NCBI GenBank assembly: GCA_977030845.1
Contig: OZ365114.1
Span: 16,120,001 to 16,184,000 of the forward strand
Direction: 5' to 3'
Origin: Fimbriosthenelais zetlandica
Taxonomy: Eukaryota
DNA length: 64,000 nt
Part shown: in pieces, positions 52,701 through 64,000 of the stretch
Layout of the letters: each line of letters starts with the position of its first letter
Position numbering within the stretch: position 1 is the stretch's first letter
Notes under the pieces: generated by a model
Told to the model about the DNA's origin: nothing
Databases searched by the model: none
What the model saw: the letters and a program-made list of their open reading frames with translations, nothing else
Translations under genes and position numbers: made by a program

Positions 52701-55700
52701 ACAGCGCCTTAGTGATGGTTTTGGCAGCGGATCAACAATCTCAGTCTGCGAATATTTTTGTCACAAATATAAAACGTGAAAGGATTTGTGTCATTCTATC
52801 AGGGAATCATGTTTTAGAAATGAAGTCTTAAGATCCATATTACTTTTTGAATGATGTGTCGTGGATAACAAAAAGGTTGCAGGGTTCCTATAGGTGAAAG
52901 GTGATTCTTTGAAAAACAACCAGAGATTTCTATGGTTCAGCTTCTTCTTTTTTTAGGATTGAAAACGGATGGAAAAAAGAAGCACACGAGGCTTGCACTT
53001 TTTTCATAAGCTGTATTCTGTTCCATATTGCAGTGTTATAATGTATTACTTCTTAGGATGCAAAAAGTTATAAGATGGTGCATAAAACGTAAAGAATTCT
53101 TTGGGTTGTGAGCCTTAAAAGCTAACTCTCCAGATGTAAGAATATCCCCAAATCACCTGTAATGTACAAGCCTTGCCCTCGACTCCTGTAAACTTCTGTA
53201 CTCGGGCTTCTTTGCTTCTTTTATCATGCTCTTTGCCATAAAGTCTCGAGCTGTGTGAATAAATAGTCAGTAGATGTAAGAGGATCAGGGAACTGGCCAG
53301 TCTGTAAGGAATCAAAGAGCATAATCACTGCCTCCATCGTCCAATCTCACCTGTCAATCAGACGCTGTGTAAGGCGTTATATATTATAAGACTAAGCATC
53401 ACGACTGAAGGCTAAAACCCAAGATATTTGGGACTAATGATGATAACCAAAGAATGAGGGTGTGGGTCCAGTTTTTCAAAAGAAAACGTCACAGTGTATC
53501 TGAGCAGGAGATTTGTCAAGGCAAGGCTTGGGTGCTTTCTAACTGTTGGGTTATGCTGCATTTTAGGGATTTTAATAAATTATGATGCTGGTCACAGCAG
53601 TGAGATTCTTATACTGACGGTTAGATTGTGCATCTTTAGGTATTCCAGAGTCTGTTGACTACTTCACAAAATACATGATCTGAAAATGCATTCCCCTCTC
53701 ACCCACCACCAAATTTTTCTGTTAATCTGATAGAGAAATGGTTTATATTTTGTTAGGTTTTCTCCCTCTGCAAACTGCAAAATTATCCCTCGCGTAACGA
53801 TCCCTAATCATGACAGCGAGAATTGGAGAACTTGCTTATGTTAAATCAATTCAATTTTAACACGGAAAAGGAGCCTTCCTTAATTGGAAAGTATAAAATT
53901 TGTGCGTCGAGCAGAAACTAATGAAAACTCGGGATTCTGAGCGCATATATCAAGAATGTTTTCCTCCCTCTCTACTCAAAGCAAGAAAGGGTGGAACCTC
54001 ATCGTCAATCCCGTTGGTTTAATCTTGGCAACTGATGAGAATTCTATTGGATTATCCTGCCAAGAGATGGATTTTGGAACCCGGCTTTCTTCTAAAATAA
54101 ATGTAATCACGCTTATAAAAACACACCTTTCTCAAGCGAATTTTATTTTTGAACTTCAATTTTTAAGTTTGTGCTTTTTGTGTTTCAGGATTTCTCAGTA
54201 CAGGAGATAGTTATGCTCCAGGAAATGTCGCTTTGCTTGACCAGGTGGCAGCACTGCATTGGATCAAGGAGAATATTGAGGCATTTGGAGGGAACCCACA
54301 GGAAGTGACGTTGTTAGGGCAGGGGTATGGCGGGGCCATGGTGAACCTTCTACTTATTTCGCCCGTGACAAAAGGTTTGGAAGGTTTGCATGGTTTTATT
54401 TACACTACTCTTGTTTTCATTTATTGTTTGGATGATTTTGGGCAAAGCTCCTTCAAGTTCAACAGACACACGTGTAGGTATAAAATAGTGCGCAACACTT
54501 TGAGAAACTCTTGCGACAGTTGAAGTAACATAGAGATATCTGTCCAGTATAATTTATCATAATTTCTTTTGATAACTCCCTGCTGCACAGGGGTTTATTA
54601 TTACATGCCTTTACATCGTATTATATGCCTCAAAGGAAAGTCCTTATTTCACAACTTTTGACTAAAATAATCATGTATTGTGGACAAATTGCATTTGAGC
54701 ACGATCAAAAGTGTTGAGCACGTGATTTATAAAATTACATCTTCAAAAATATGTTCAATTGGTAACATAATATCGGCTAAATGAGTATAATATTGTCAGT
54801 ATTATAAAATCTTATTTTTAGTTGCATTTTGAATCTTTAATTTTCCTATCCCTTCTATTCTCCCATTCTTGTCTGACCTAAGTATAATCGAATATGCTTT
54901 CAGGCACATAATCCCTTCTCACGCAAGGTTTCATGTGTTGCTAAAATCAAAGCTCAGTTACCTCAAGTGCACCACTTGATTTTTCCTTCGTTTCAGTTGC
55001 AAAGATATTTTCCTCTTATATCATGTCAGTGGATAATCTTTCCTTGATGATTTTCTCGTCTCAGAGAATAATGGGAAAAGAATTATATCTAGACTCTTAT
55101 TTTTACATTCTCCCCTCTAATTTACATTCTTACATTCTTTCCTATAATGACGGCTAGTTGATAGAGAAAGACTCATATCAATATATTTCTATACTTTATA
55201 TGGACAGTTTCCCTCATACCTTTACATTTACTTGAAAATAATTTAGCCCCTTTTCCCAAATATTTCTAATTAGCCTATTATAATATTATTAGACTGACAA
55301 TCATTTCGGCAATATAATTAAGGTCCAGGGTGCTTTTGAATATAAATAAATCACTGACTGATTGTCATATTTTTATAGGTAGAAACCTCTTCAAACGGGC
55401 TATAATACAGAGTGGATCAGCTCTGTCCACATGGGCGGTATCCCTGAACCCCCTCTACTACACACGTCAACTAGCTGAGAGGGTCAACTGTACAGCTTTC
55501 TTATCACGAAGCGAGGAGCTCATCCAATGCTTCAAGAGCAAACCTGTGGCGGAACTCATCCATGCCGAGATCGACGTTCCCAAATACTTCTCAGGATTCG
55601 CTCCGGTCATTGACCGGAGGAGCGTGCTACCGGGTGACATCCGGAGCTTGATGCAAAAACCGGTTTCCGTTTTCGGGGAGACGAGCGTTCTCCTTGGTGT

Positions 55701-58700
55701 CATGAAAAACGAAGGGTTCTTGTTCTTCAACCAGCGTGAGGTGGACGCAGGTGTCCCCGCTAAGCGGAGAGACAAAATCATTAGGACGTACGTCCGTAAT
55801 GTTTACCAGTACCACAGGCAAAAGATCTTTGAGATTCTAATGCATCATTACAATGACTGGGAAAGGCCAAGTGATCCTTCCATTATCAGAGATAACCTCA
55901 TGGAGTTACTAGGAGATGGGCAGTATGCAGCGCCCATGATGGAGTTGACCCGTTACCATGGAAATTTTAATGCCGCCACGTACCTATATACGTTCACCTA
56001 CCCGTCCCGGTTGGATACCTACCCGCGTTGGGCAGGAGGTGTCCATGGTGATGATATGACATATGTGTTCGGGGCACCGCTGACGGACGGTATAGATCCC
56101 TTCACATCGACCTTCACAAGGTCAGAAAAAATGCTGACAGAAGCTGTTATGAGGTACTGGACCAACTTCGCCAAAACCGGGTGAGTGTTCCTCTAGATAG
56201 TCATTTCCCTTTAGTTTCTCATTCCTCTCATCCCTTGGATCTGAACAATTTTCTATCGGTGGGCTTAAGGTTTCGGTAATTCCATTTATGCTTTCACCGA
56301 GGGGAAATCAGTGGTCAGGAGCAGTTTGTCTTAGCAGTTTCTGGATGGCCTTTAAACCGGATAGCCTATAACTCATATTCAAACACAGTTTAAACTGTCA
56401 TGGTTTAAGTTAGATAGTACTTATGTACCAGTCAATGTGAGGGCGGCACATTGACTGGTGCATTATCTGAAGCAACATAATATTGCTCTAGCATATCACT
56501 GAGGTATTATTTCTTCTTCGCCTGCTTCCACCTTCTTTCCTGCTATTTCTACCCACCAATAAAGCAACCAAGCAAGTTCATCAGTCCACCTCCTGGGTAA
56601 ATTTATCAGGAGAGGATGAGAAACAATAGCCTCATCTATATCTCCTCCGCCTCCACATGCATGAATCAACCAAGCTTGTATTAGTGGTAACTTCATATAC
56701 ATGTACACCGACTCATCAACCTGGCTCCCCTTCATTATCACAAACTCCACACAGGAGCACGGGAGGGAAGAGGACAATGTAATCCCAAGAAAATTAGTTC
56801 TCAAAGCCGACACTGGGAAAGTAGGAACAAGAGATCATCATATGTGAAATGATAGATTATGATCTTTTCTCCCATGACCTTAATGCATAAGCAACTAAAT
56901 ATGATCAGGATCTGCAGAGTGCTCACAACTCTTAAATGAAAATACAATCGATGTTCGTCAACTTTTGGTTTTGGAGCTATATATGCCTTCTTTAAAGTAA
57001 CCCAATATACCAGTATACCACTCAGCATAATTGTACCAGTTTCAATTGAGTAAATATATTACTACAGTATGAGACACTCTTTGTTCATGATAGTACTTTG
57101 TACCATGATATTCCGCGCTGAAAAGTTTCGGACTTGATTACATAATATATAATTTGCCAAGAGCAATTTCAGGCATTCTATCCAAAGACATCCAACTGAG
57201 AAGCTAGCCATCACTGTATTATGTTCGTCTGGTTAGGCAGAGAGGACGACACGGCATTGTGTCCTGCTTTTATTCCCCAACACCCACGTGACTCTATATA
57301 CACTAACAGTGTCAGTGGAAATGTTCTCCTTGAGAATCTCCCATTGGTTCGGGGAATAAGGGCGCAGCGGTCGGTGGCAGCAAAGTTGCCTGTTTTGTTT
57401 ACCACGTCTGCACAACTTCCCAGCTCCAATAGGCATGAGATATAGCCTTAGCCATTACGTGTAATTGAATGAATGGATGGCCACGGGGCAAATTCGTCCT
57501 TATCTTATAAACCAATTCTGAGCCTCCTTATCGAGTCCGGTGTCACACTAAATTGTCGTCCCCAGAAAATAGAGCTTAGAAACCAGCGGGCCTATAGAAT
57601 CGATTGCCGGCAACTTTTTCGGCGACACCATAATGGCAAGGAGTGGGCAGGAGGGATACAAGGCAAATATAAAGCCGAAAATTGAAAAGGGGGCACACTT
57701 CAACTGCCTACAGGCCCGAAAGTGGCATGGCAAATTGCAAGTGTCAGATAGGCCTGTATTTTCAAGTGGAGTGAAATGCATCTTCTAGGCAAGCTAATGG
57801 CTTCCCATCTTCACTTAGAGCCGAGATGCATCCAAAAAGTCAATAAATACTTAAAAGAGGCGAAAGCAGATCAAATTTGATCCACATCTAATACTTTCAC
57901 AGAATCACTGTGCTTTTTAATGATATTAACTATTTATTTTTTGCTGCAATTGCTTTCTAACATCAGCAGGTCAGAATAAATTAATTTATTTTCGTGCAAT
58001 ACTTTCCTTCATGATCTGGCAATTATTCAGAGGAATGGAAAGTATTCTTGATAAAGTCAGCCAGTTGTATTTGAAGTAAGACAAAAATATCAATGCCGAA
58101 AGTTTCCCTAGTGCTTGCATCTTCAGCCAATCAAACCACGTAGCTAATTCCAGCTTCAACTCCAAAATACAATAATGTAATCAACATATATTAGAATGAA
58201 CGACGATGTGAGAATTAGTCCAACATCTTCTAGGCCCTAGTCTAGGGGGCATCACACCCATGCAGCTGTCAAGATGTGGACCAAATATATGTACAACACT
58301 CTCCATTAAGGGAAGCATTATGAGTTTAAATGAGTATCAGATCTAATTGTCCTTCCATTGATTAGGACTTTGGCAATGATAATCAGCAAACTCTCACCAG
58401 AACCCTCACTAAAAGTCTTTCAATTTTCATAGAGCTCGCCCCAAATTCTCAGAACACTTGGCAAGAAGAAAGTCTCAACACTGTTTCAGTGCCCACCTAT
58501 ATGTTGATATCAAAACATGGTGTCTAATCTAATATGTTTCAAGCAGCCCCTATGCTTTATGCATGGTCATGTTATACATCCTGTCCACTTAAGATGGCGT
58601 GTAATCCTCACATAACGATGACAGAGCTTTTTTGCATCAAACAAGCTTTGCATAACACCTAATCTTGATCTAAGGCTCGTTAAGCTGCCTTACTCTGACA

Positions 58701-61700
58701 CATTATGTAAATGAGTGATGATAAAGATATCCATATAATAGCTTCACTCAATTTCTTTACTTTGCTATATTATTTGGTCTATTTAGAAAGCCATGTGATT
58801 CAAAATAATATAATCTGGAATTAATCTTTATATTTCTTGAAAAACATAATGCAGATTAGTCCCAATATGAATCATAATATTCATATACTGATGGAATGAG
58901 CATCATCTGTTTCATTACATATGTGGTGAGTTTCCAGGGTGTAAAGCCCATGAAAACATTTGATACAACAATCTGTATCCTTCGCTCGTTTATCTTCTTC
59001 AGCAATCAGGGATAGTGACAGAAGCCTATGGGCTTATCTCAGAGTCTGCTGCTGTGAATCCGGCTCTATTCAGCCCATCTATCTAATGAAGAAAATTAGC
59101 CAATTTCCGATCGTCTTTGCTTGCAAGGCTACGGAGGGACTGCTGTCTGCGTATTACTGTGGCTTTAGGTCTATCTGGAAAAGTAAGGATTTTCAGATGA
59201 CTAGGGCACTTTCATTACATAAAGCAGTAATTTTCCATTGTTAATGAAAGAAAGTGAACAAGTGATATAATATTATTATAGAGGAACATTAATGTTAATT
59301 TAACAGATTCACCCCTCATTATTCTAATGTATACTTGTATAGTACCCCCTACATTCTCCATAAAAGCGATGGCCTCATTCATATTATAAGGAAAATAGTC
59401 TGGTTTGAAAGGATTCAGGAGGAGGACAAGAATTCTTTATTGATTTAATACCAACTGCTTAGGAACTGATCAATTAGGCTTATTCAGGGCAGCTATATAT
59501 TTTACCACAGCCATCAGCATGCTCTTTATAGGCTTGCTCCTGGAGATACTTATAACGATATATGCCACACTTTGCACTCCCATAAGTAGTACCATCTTTC
59601 TCCTTGAGAGCATTGACCTTAGTGCCAGTGGTCAGTCTGCCCTGGAGGTGGCGTTTCCTGGCCATGTATAGTGACCACTAGACTGTCCACGGTCCTAGTG
59701 TATAAGTCATGTTGCATAGGAAATAGCAGGAAAAGAGTCACAATAGGAATATCTATTGCTAGATCGTGGCAAAATGGTGCTACTCAATGTAGTATAGCGC
59801 ATAGGCGCCATTGCCCAGGTAAGAACATTCACCCTGACTTCAAAAAGAAACATCTCCGTTAATGCCTTTGAGGTTAAGCTGATTGCCTTGGCATTAGTCT
59901 ATCTAATTAGAAAAAAACAGGAAAAGAGGATGAGGGAACAAATCTCAGTATTAGAGGTCTTGGAGAATTTGGAACTTTATTGCAAGAAAAGGGTTTAGCC
60001 TACACATTTAAAAAATGTACCTTTTGTCAAAGGGCTTTAAATGAATAAAATTGGGGCATTTAATTGGTGTAAATATCTTCAAGATTACATGTATATCGTT
60101 ATTCTTCCTAAATACTTCATCACATTTCTTCACGCTCTCAATCGTTTTTTCATACGCCCACAATGATGCAGTGCAGTTTTGTTATTGGATTCGAGTACCT
60201 GAAGAAAAGTAGCGGAGAATTCCTTTTGACCTTTACATGGAAAGTTTGTGGTTGTTAGGCCAGTGCTTGTTAGGCCGCGGCACAATCAGTGAACGAGATG
60301 ACATTGACCCCATACCGACCTCACCAGAAACCTGTTGCACTAACCTGACATTTTATCACCAGTTTCACCACAGATTCTCACATTTTTCTTTGGCCCACAA
60401 AGACTTCAATCGTTAAAAACACTTTTCCTTTGAGTCCACCCTTTTAAGAAGACCCTTTCCACATTTCAAAATAAGGGCACCAGGTCATATTCTAAAGTTG
60501 ATTACTGTCTAGAAAAAAGGTTTCCAGCAACAATTATGTTTGCAATATGGTGAAGGAAATTCAATAGATGGCTCTTGGTAGTTAATATGAAGTGTTTAAG
60601 CCACACTGCTATCGCAACGTCAAGAAAGTAAGGGGAGAGGAGAAGGTTGATACTCGAAGCCCTTTTCTCTTGAGTTACCAGAACTCAATTATACCTTCAT
60701 GCAAGTCACTAATGATGGGTAGGTGGGAGGCGGAACCAAACAACTTGTTCCTAACAGGTCACATCTGACACATTACTGGCCCTGAAAACTAGGAACTGCC
60801 AGTCGAGTTTCCTGCGTTCAGGCCCTAAATTAGAAAGACGTCCATTGCATTTACAATGACCCTTTTTCAGTCCCATCCTATTATGGCCCTGCTAAAGGTT
60901 CTCCTGGGCCCATTATCTACTAGGGCCTCCCATGGGGATTAGTGTGACATCCTCCCATTACTAAAGGCCCTACTCTCATAGGCAAGTATCTCAACCCCTT
61001 ACTAAGGCTACTCCTTGTGCATGTGTACACTTTCAATATCTCTAGAATATCTAATGCTACTCCTGCTCTTGTGACAACATTGAGGTATTCAGTAGAGATA
61101 CAGGGGAGTCCCTCCAGAGCTTTCCATCAATCTGTTAAAATGTGTCACCTGCTAAACCGTGCTGCAGTATATGTACTGACTTTTAAACATGTCACTATCT
61201 AAATATTAAAACTTAAATACGAAGTTGTCCTTTAAATGTACCACTGTTTGATAAAAGAGGTATACACATTGTTATTGTCATTTTAGCTAAATTTGTTATT
61301 ATCTAAGACTGCCTTTGAGGAAATGTTCAGCTTAAGCTTGAGGAACAAAGCTCTAAATGGATGTAGAATGTCATTAAATCTCTGTGAAAAGAGGCATTGT
61401 CAACATGCTTTCTGAAATTCCTTAATGGCCCTTCAACATCAGCTACTGAATGACAAAGTAGAATGGCCATTTGTAATACAATGACTGCGTCAGATTAGAA
61501 AACTGAGACACTGATGGCGGAAAAAGTTAGAGTCAGGCCAAGACTAAACATTTTATATAGAAGTAAAGGAGTACTGACCTGTGAAATTTGATCAATCTTA
61601 GTCACGCTTTCGATCCTCGTGTCTGTCACTTGTATATTCACTGAAATGAATAATGGACCAGAGCCAAGACATAATAATATTCAAATTTGTTTTTCTTTTT

Positions 61701-61821
61701 TGCAGCGACCCTAATGAACCAATGGACCAGCTATCTCAACATGGTGGTCGAGTGAAGAACCGCTTTATTGAGTTGGCCTGGCCCAGGTACACCAATGACC
61801 GGCAGGAATATCTCCATATTG
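40563..61821 (+). CDS. NLGN: Neuroligin-family gene, partial: 4 exons joined (40563-40712, 54189-54374, 55379-56180, 61706-61821), 5' and 3' ends outside window
   Basis: Exons of 150+186+802+116 = 1254 nt splice in frame with matching phases (1/1/2/1) and GT-AG sites. The product is a carboxylesterase/cholinesterase fold with Gly at the nucleophile elbow (GQGYG instead of GxSxG) and neuroligin-type motifs [45 protein letters not shown] and YLHIG. Confidence 0.93.
46450..47050 (-). mobile_element. DIRS-like reverse transcriptase remnant
   Basis: Minus-strand, across frameshifts: LLLQRAIFP...[21 protein letters not shown] and GLGLC, following LL.KGAI / FLVPK..G.RPVIDL / DWL.SID / LPFGL. Confidence 0.38.
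49440..49760 (+). mobile_element. DIRS-like tyrosine recombinase remnant
   Basis: [18 protein letters not shown] and, frameshifted, [10 protein letters not shown], cf. RAL..YL.RT......LFV and G..IS..TIS.W. Confidence 0.28.
50785..51540. repeat. G-rich minisatellite, ~30 units of 26 bp (GGGCTAGGTGGTGGCTTGTGGGAGTY) with interspersed 19-bp deletion variants
   Basis: Directly visible tandem array; first unit 50785-50810. The 19-bp variant GGGYTAGGTGGTGGGAGTT lacks 7 nt. Confidence 0.97.
54189..54374 (+). CDS. NLGN: Neuroligin exon b ([63 protein letters not shown])
   Basis: Acceptor tttttgtgtttcAG (54187-88), donor AAG|GTTTGG at 54375, with an alternative in-frame donor at 54384. 186 nt; overlaps ORF 54233..54523. 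Confidence 0.93.
54375..55378 (+). other. Neuroligin intron, 1,004 bp (phase 1), AT-rich, weak GTTTGG donor
   Basis: Joins SPVTKG to RNLFKRAI in frame. Confidence 0.85.
55379..56180 (+). CDS. NLGN: Neuroligin exon c ([20 protein letters not shown]...GVMKNEG...[13 protein letters not shown]...YWTNFAKTG)
   Basis: Acceptor atatttttatAG (55377-78), donor GG|GTGAGT at 56181. 802 nt open frame within ORF 55330..56184; richer in CpG than the flanking introns. Confidence 0.96.
56181..61705 (+). other. Neuroligin intron, 5,525 bp (phase 2)
   Basis: GTGAGT donor and TGCAG acceptor join FAKTG to DPN. Confidence 0.9.
61706..61821 (+). CDS. NLGN: Neuroligin exon d ([40 protein letters not shown])
   Basis: Strong acceptor ttgtttttcttttttgcAG (61704-05), donor G|GTAGGT at 61822. 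The split codon GG|C restores KTG-DPN; matches neuroligin DPN...NRF..W..Y...YLHIG. Confidence 0.93.
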
Positions 61822-64000
61822 GTAGGTTACTGATACGGATGGTCAAAATGTTGTTGTACAAGAAAACTTTATATTTATCAGCACGTTGTCAACTTATTGT
61901 CGTTGAATTTTTCGACTCTTTCATATTATGTATGTATAGGCTATTTGGCTAGAAAGTCAGTCAGTTAAATTAATGTGTAGGGTTATATTTTATCAGCTTA
62001 TATATCAGTAACCAGACTACTATCTTTCAACAGAACCCCAGAGTATAAACTAGTATTCATTTTATCTAAATTAATTGAGTTAATAAAGCATTAACCGACA
62101 ATTTAATATGAAAACTAGATAGTTCCGAAAAATCCTAGACCTCACAAACATATGTGTCTATACTCGAACGATAATGAGAATGATTGAACATATTAGAATT
62201 AATCATTATTCCATATATTTATTATGTAAGAGAGGATTTCGTGAAAATTTCCGAATTTTTGTTAGACATAATTAGGAATTATTTTAAATATTACCCTCCG
62301 AAATTGAAAATATTTATATAACGAAAAAACTACATTCATATCATTGTAAACGATAATGAAATGAAGTACAACGAAAGCGCCATGACAACCATTACACTTA
62401 AACACTGCCGTGTAGTGCAGTGTGACCAGTGATTGCTACCTAACAGCAGGTCCTCCAGGGGATTGTTATTAATGCCCTATTGAGAAGAGGCCCTGTGAAA
62501 AAGTAGACCGTGGAGGAGCGCCAGGAGGAAACACCTCTGACACCATACCATGACTACTAATGAACTGAGGGCAGCAAATACATGCCTGGGAGTCACCCGT
62601 CCTCTCCCTCGAGGTCTGTGTCTATCAGATCTGAAGTCTTGATGACCCTTTGTAGTGATTTGAGACCTTTTGAGAACTATGCGTGCCACCATAAATGTAA
62701 ATCTAATTCCCCTTTAACCCTACACCTGTTTTGATCAGTGTCGGGGCAAAATGTAACACACTGCGGGTTTAAGCCATGATTAAAGGCTAAGTTCTACCCG
62801 TATGCGAAGAGCGAAGAGATCAAGGACTGTTTCATTTGTTTCGGGCATTTAAGTGCTTGGAAAATTGGAATCCTGTAAATATCCTGAAATATCAGTGCAA
62901 CAAGCAGCAGGCATTTTCTTCCGGAAAGATTTTTCTTATAAATAATTATTCATCTCTATTTTTTATCTCAATATTCTGTTTCGTTCTACTACATTCTGAT
63001 GCCCTAAATAGATATTATATTGATAGCAGTGCAGAAGACTATAGCATCGGAATGTAACCGAACGATTTTTTAAACACCAAATACATGTATTTTATTTCAG
63101 GATTGGGCCTCCTTTTTCAAATATATAATTTAGGACAACCTCTCCGGAAGAGGATTAATAAAAACACGGTTCCGATCATGTCAATTATCCAAAAGGTTAC
63201 AAACATAAATGGTGTGAAATCTAATAATTGAAAGTCAGAGAAAAGCTAATTCATCATAACTCAGTTGATTTTTCCCTTCCTTTCCCAAAGGCAAAGGTTT
63301 GTATTGCATGTAAAGAGATTAAGGCAGGGTCAACGCATGAAAGGAAGCAACATTTCAGTCTAAATCAGGAATGGTCAGATTTATTTTACCATGGGGTTTA
63401 AAATATTTCAAGGAAGAATACATAGCCTTTTCTGCCACAAATAAATATTTGCCCAATTGTTGTTGGCAGTAATTGAAGTGACTTTCGGGCTCCTTTCTTT
63501 GTCTCAATGGTAGAATAGAATTACCAAACTGGTAAATTTACTACATTTTGATAAAAGTGAAACTAGCGTCCCTTGAGTAAATAAGACTGACCATGCCCTT
63601 ATTTCATTATTCCATTAATTGGATCCAACTTCCACACACATCTATCTTTTCATCAATGGATATAACCTCTTACAACACTTTCTGAAATAAGCTATCTTCT
63701 CCCACCATTCTTTTTAAAGGTCACCGTATACTTCTATATATAATATAGTGGTGGCATCACCTTTACTATATCACATATGACTGCAAAAAATCAAAATGTT
63801 ATGTGTTGTAAAATAAAACTGTTTACAATAAATGCTGTAGAAGAAAACGCTCTAAAGTGAATGGACCAAGGACACATGTATTTTTTCAGGATGATGATGT
63901 ATAAATGCACTTGTATTTCTTCATAAACTGTACAGTATGAAATTTCTGATATTACAGACGCAGGGAAGTGTACATAGCAGTATTTGGTCTCATCTTAAAA

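Larger units (their letters stand above)
40713..54188 (+). other. Neuroligin intron, 13,476 bp (phase 1)
   Basis: GT at 40713 and AG at 54187-88 join LGVLG to FLSTG in frame. Confidence 0.88.

Noticed and set aside
63090-63180. Acceptor-like tttttatttcAG (and ttttttcAG near 63888) as candidate next neuroligin exon
   Set aside because: Phase-1 translation gives GLGLLFQIY... or an immediate stop, not the expected KPR..HYRA..L..W helix.
1-64000. The ~150 short ORFs (60-150 aa) in the six-frame track
   Set aside because: No recognisable domains apart from the neuroligin exons and transposon remnants; many use non-ATG starts; lengths are as expected by chance in intronic DNA.

Overview
This is eukaryotic (animal, invertebrate-like) genomic DNA, AT-rich and almost entirely intronic; nearly all ORFs in the supplied track are spurious. 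The only supportable host gene is a partial neuroligin (catalytically dead cholinesterase-fold synaptic adhesion protein) on the + strand. It has four GT-AG exons (40563-40712, 54189-54374, 55379-56180, 61706-61821) that splice in frame to about 418 codons of the ectodomain. I found no N-terminal, transmembrane or cytoplasmic exons, so these probably lie outside the window. The HGESY / GQGYG motifs resemble protostome neuroligins; a lophotrochozoan origin is my inference only. The introns hold heavily decayed retroelement fossils (many DIRS-like pieces, some L2/CR1-type LINE pieces), a G-rich 26-bp minisatellite with a 175-bp higher-order duplication, and TC microsatellites. I found no clearly new multi-gene system. 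The best leads are regulatory: (1) a 9-nt tandem duplication giving two in-frame 5' splice donors at the junction equivalent to vertebrate NLGN1 splice site B; (2) RFX X-box/CCAAT clusters in the introns; (3) a divergent neurexin-binding surface; (4) a long intronic hairpin. All protein and transposon comparisons were made by eye from recalled consensus motifs; transposon boundaries are approximate.
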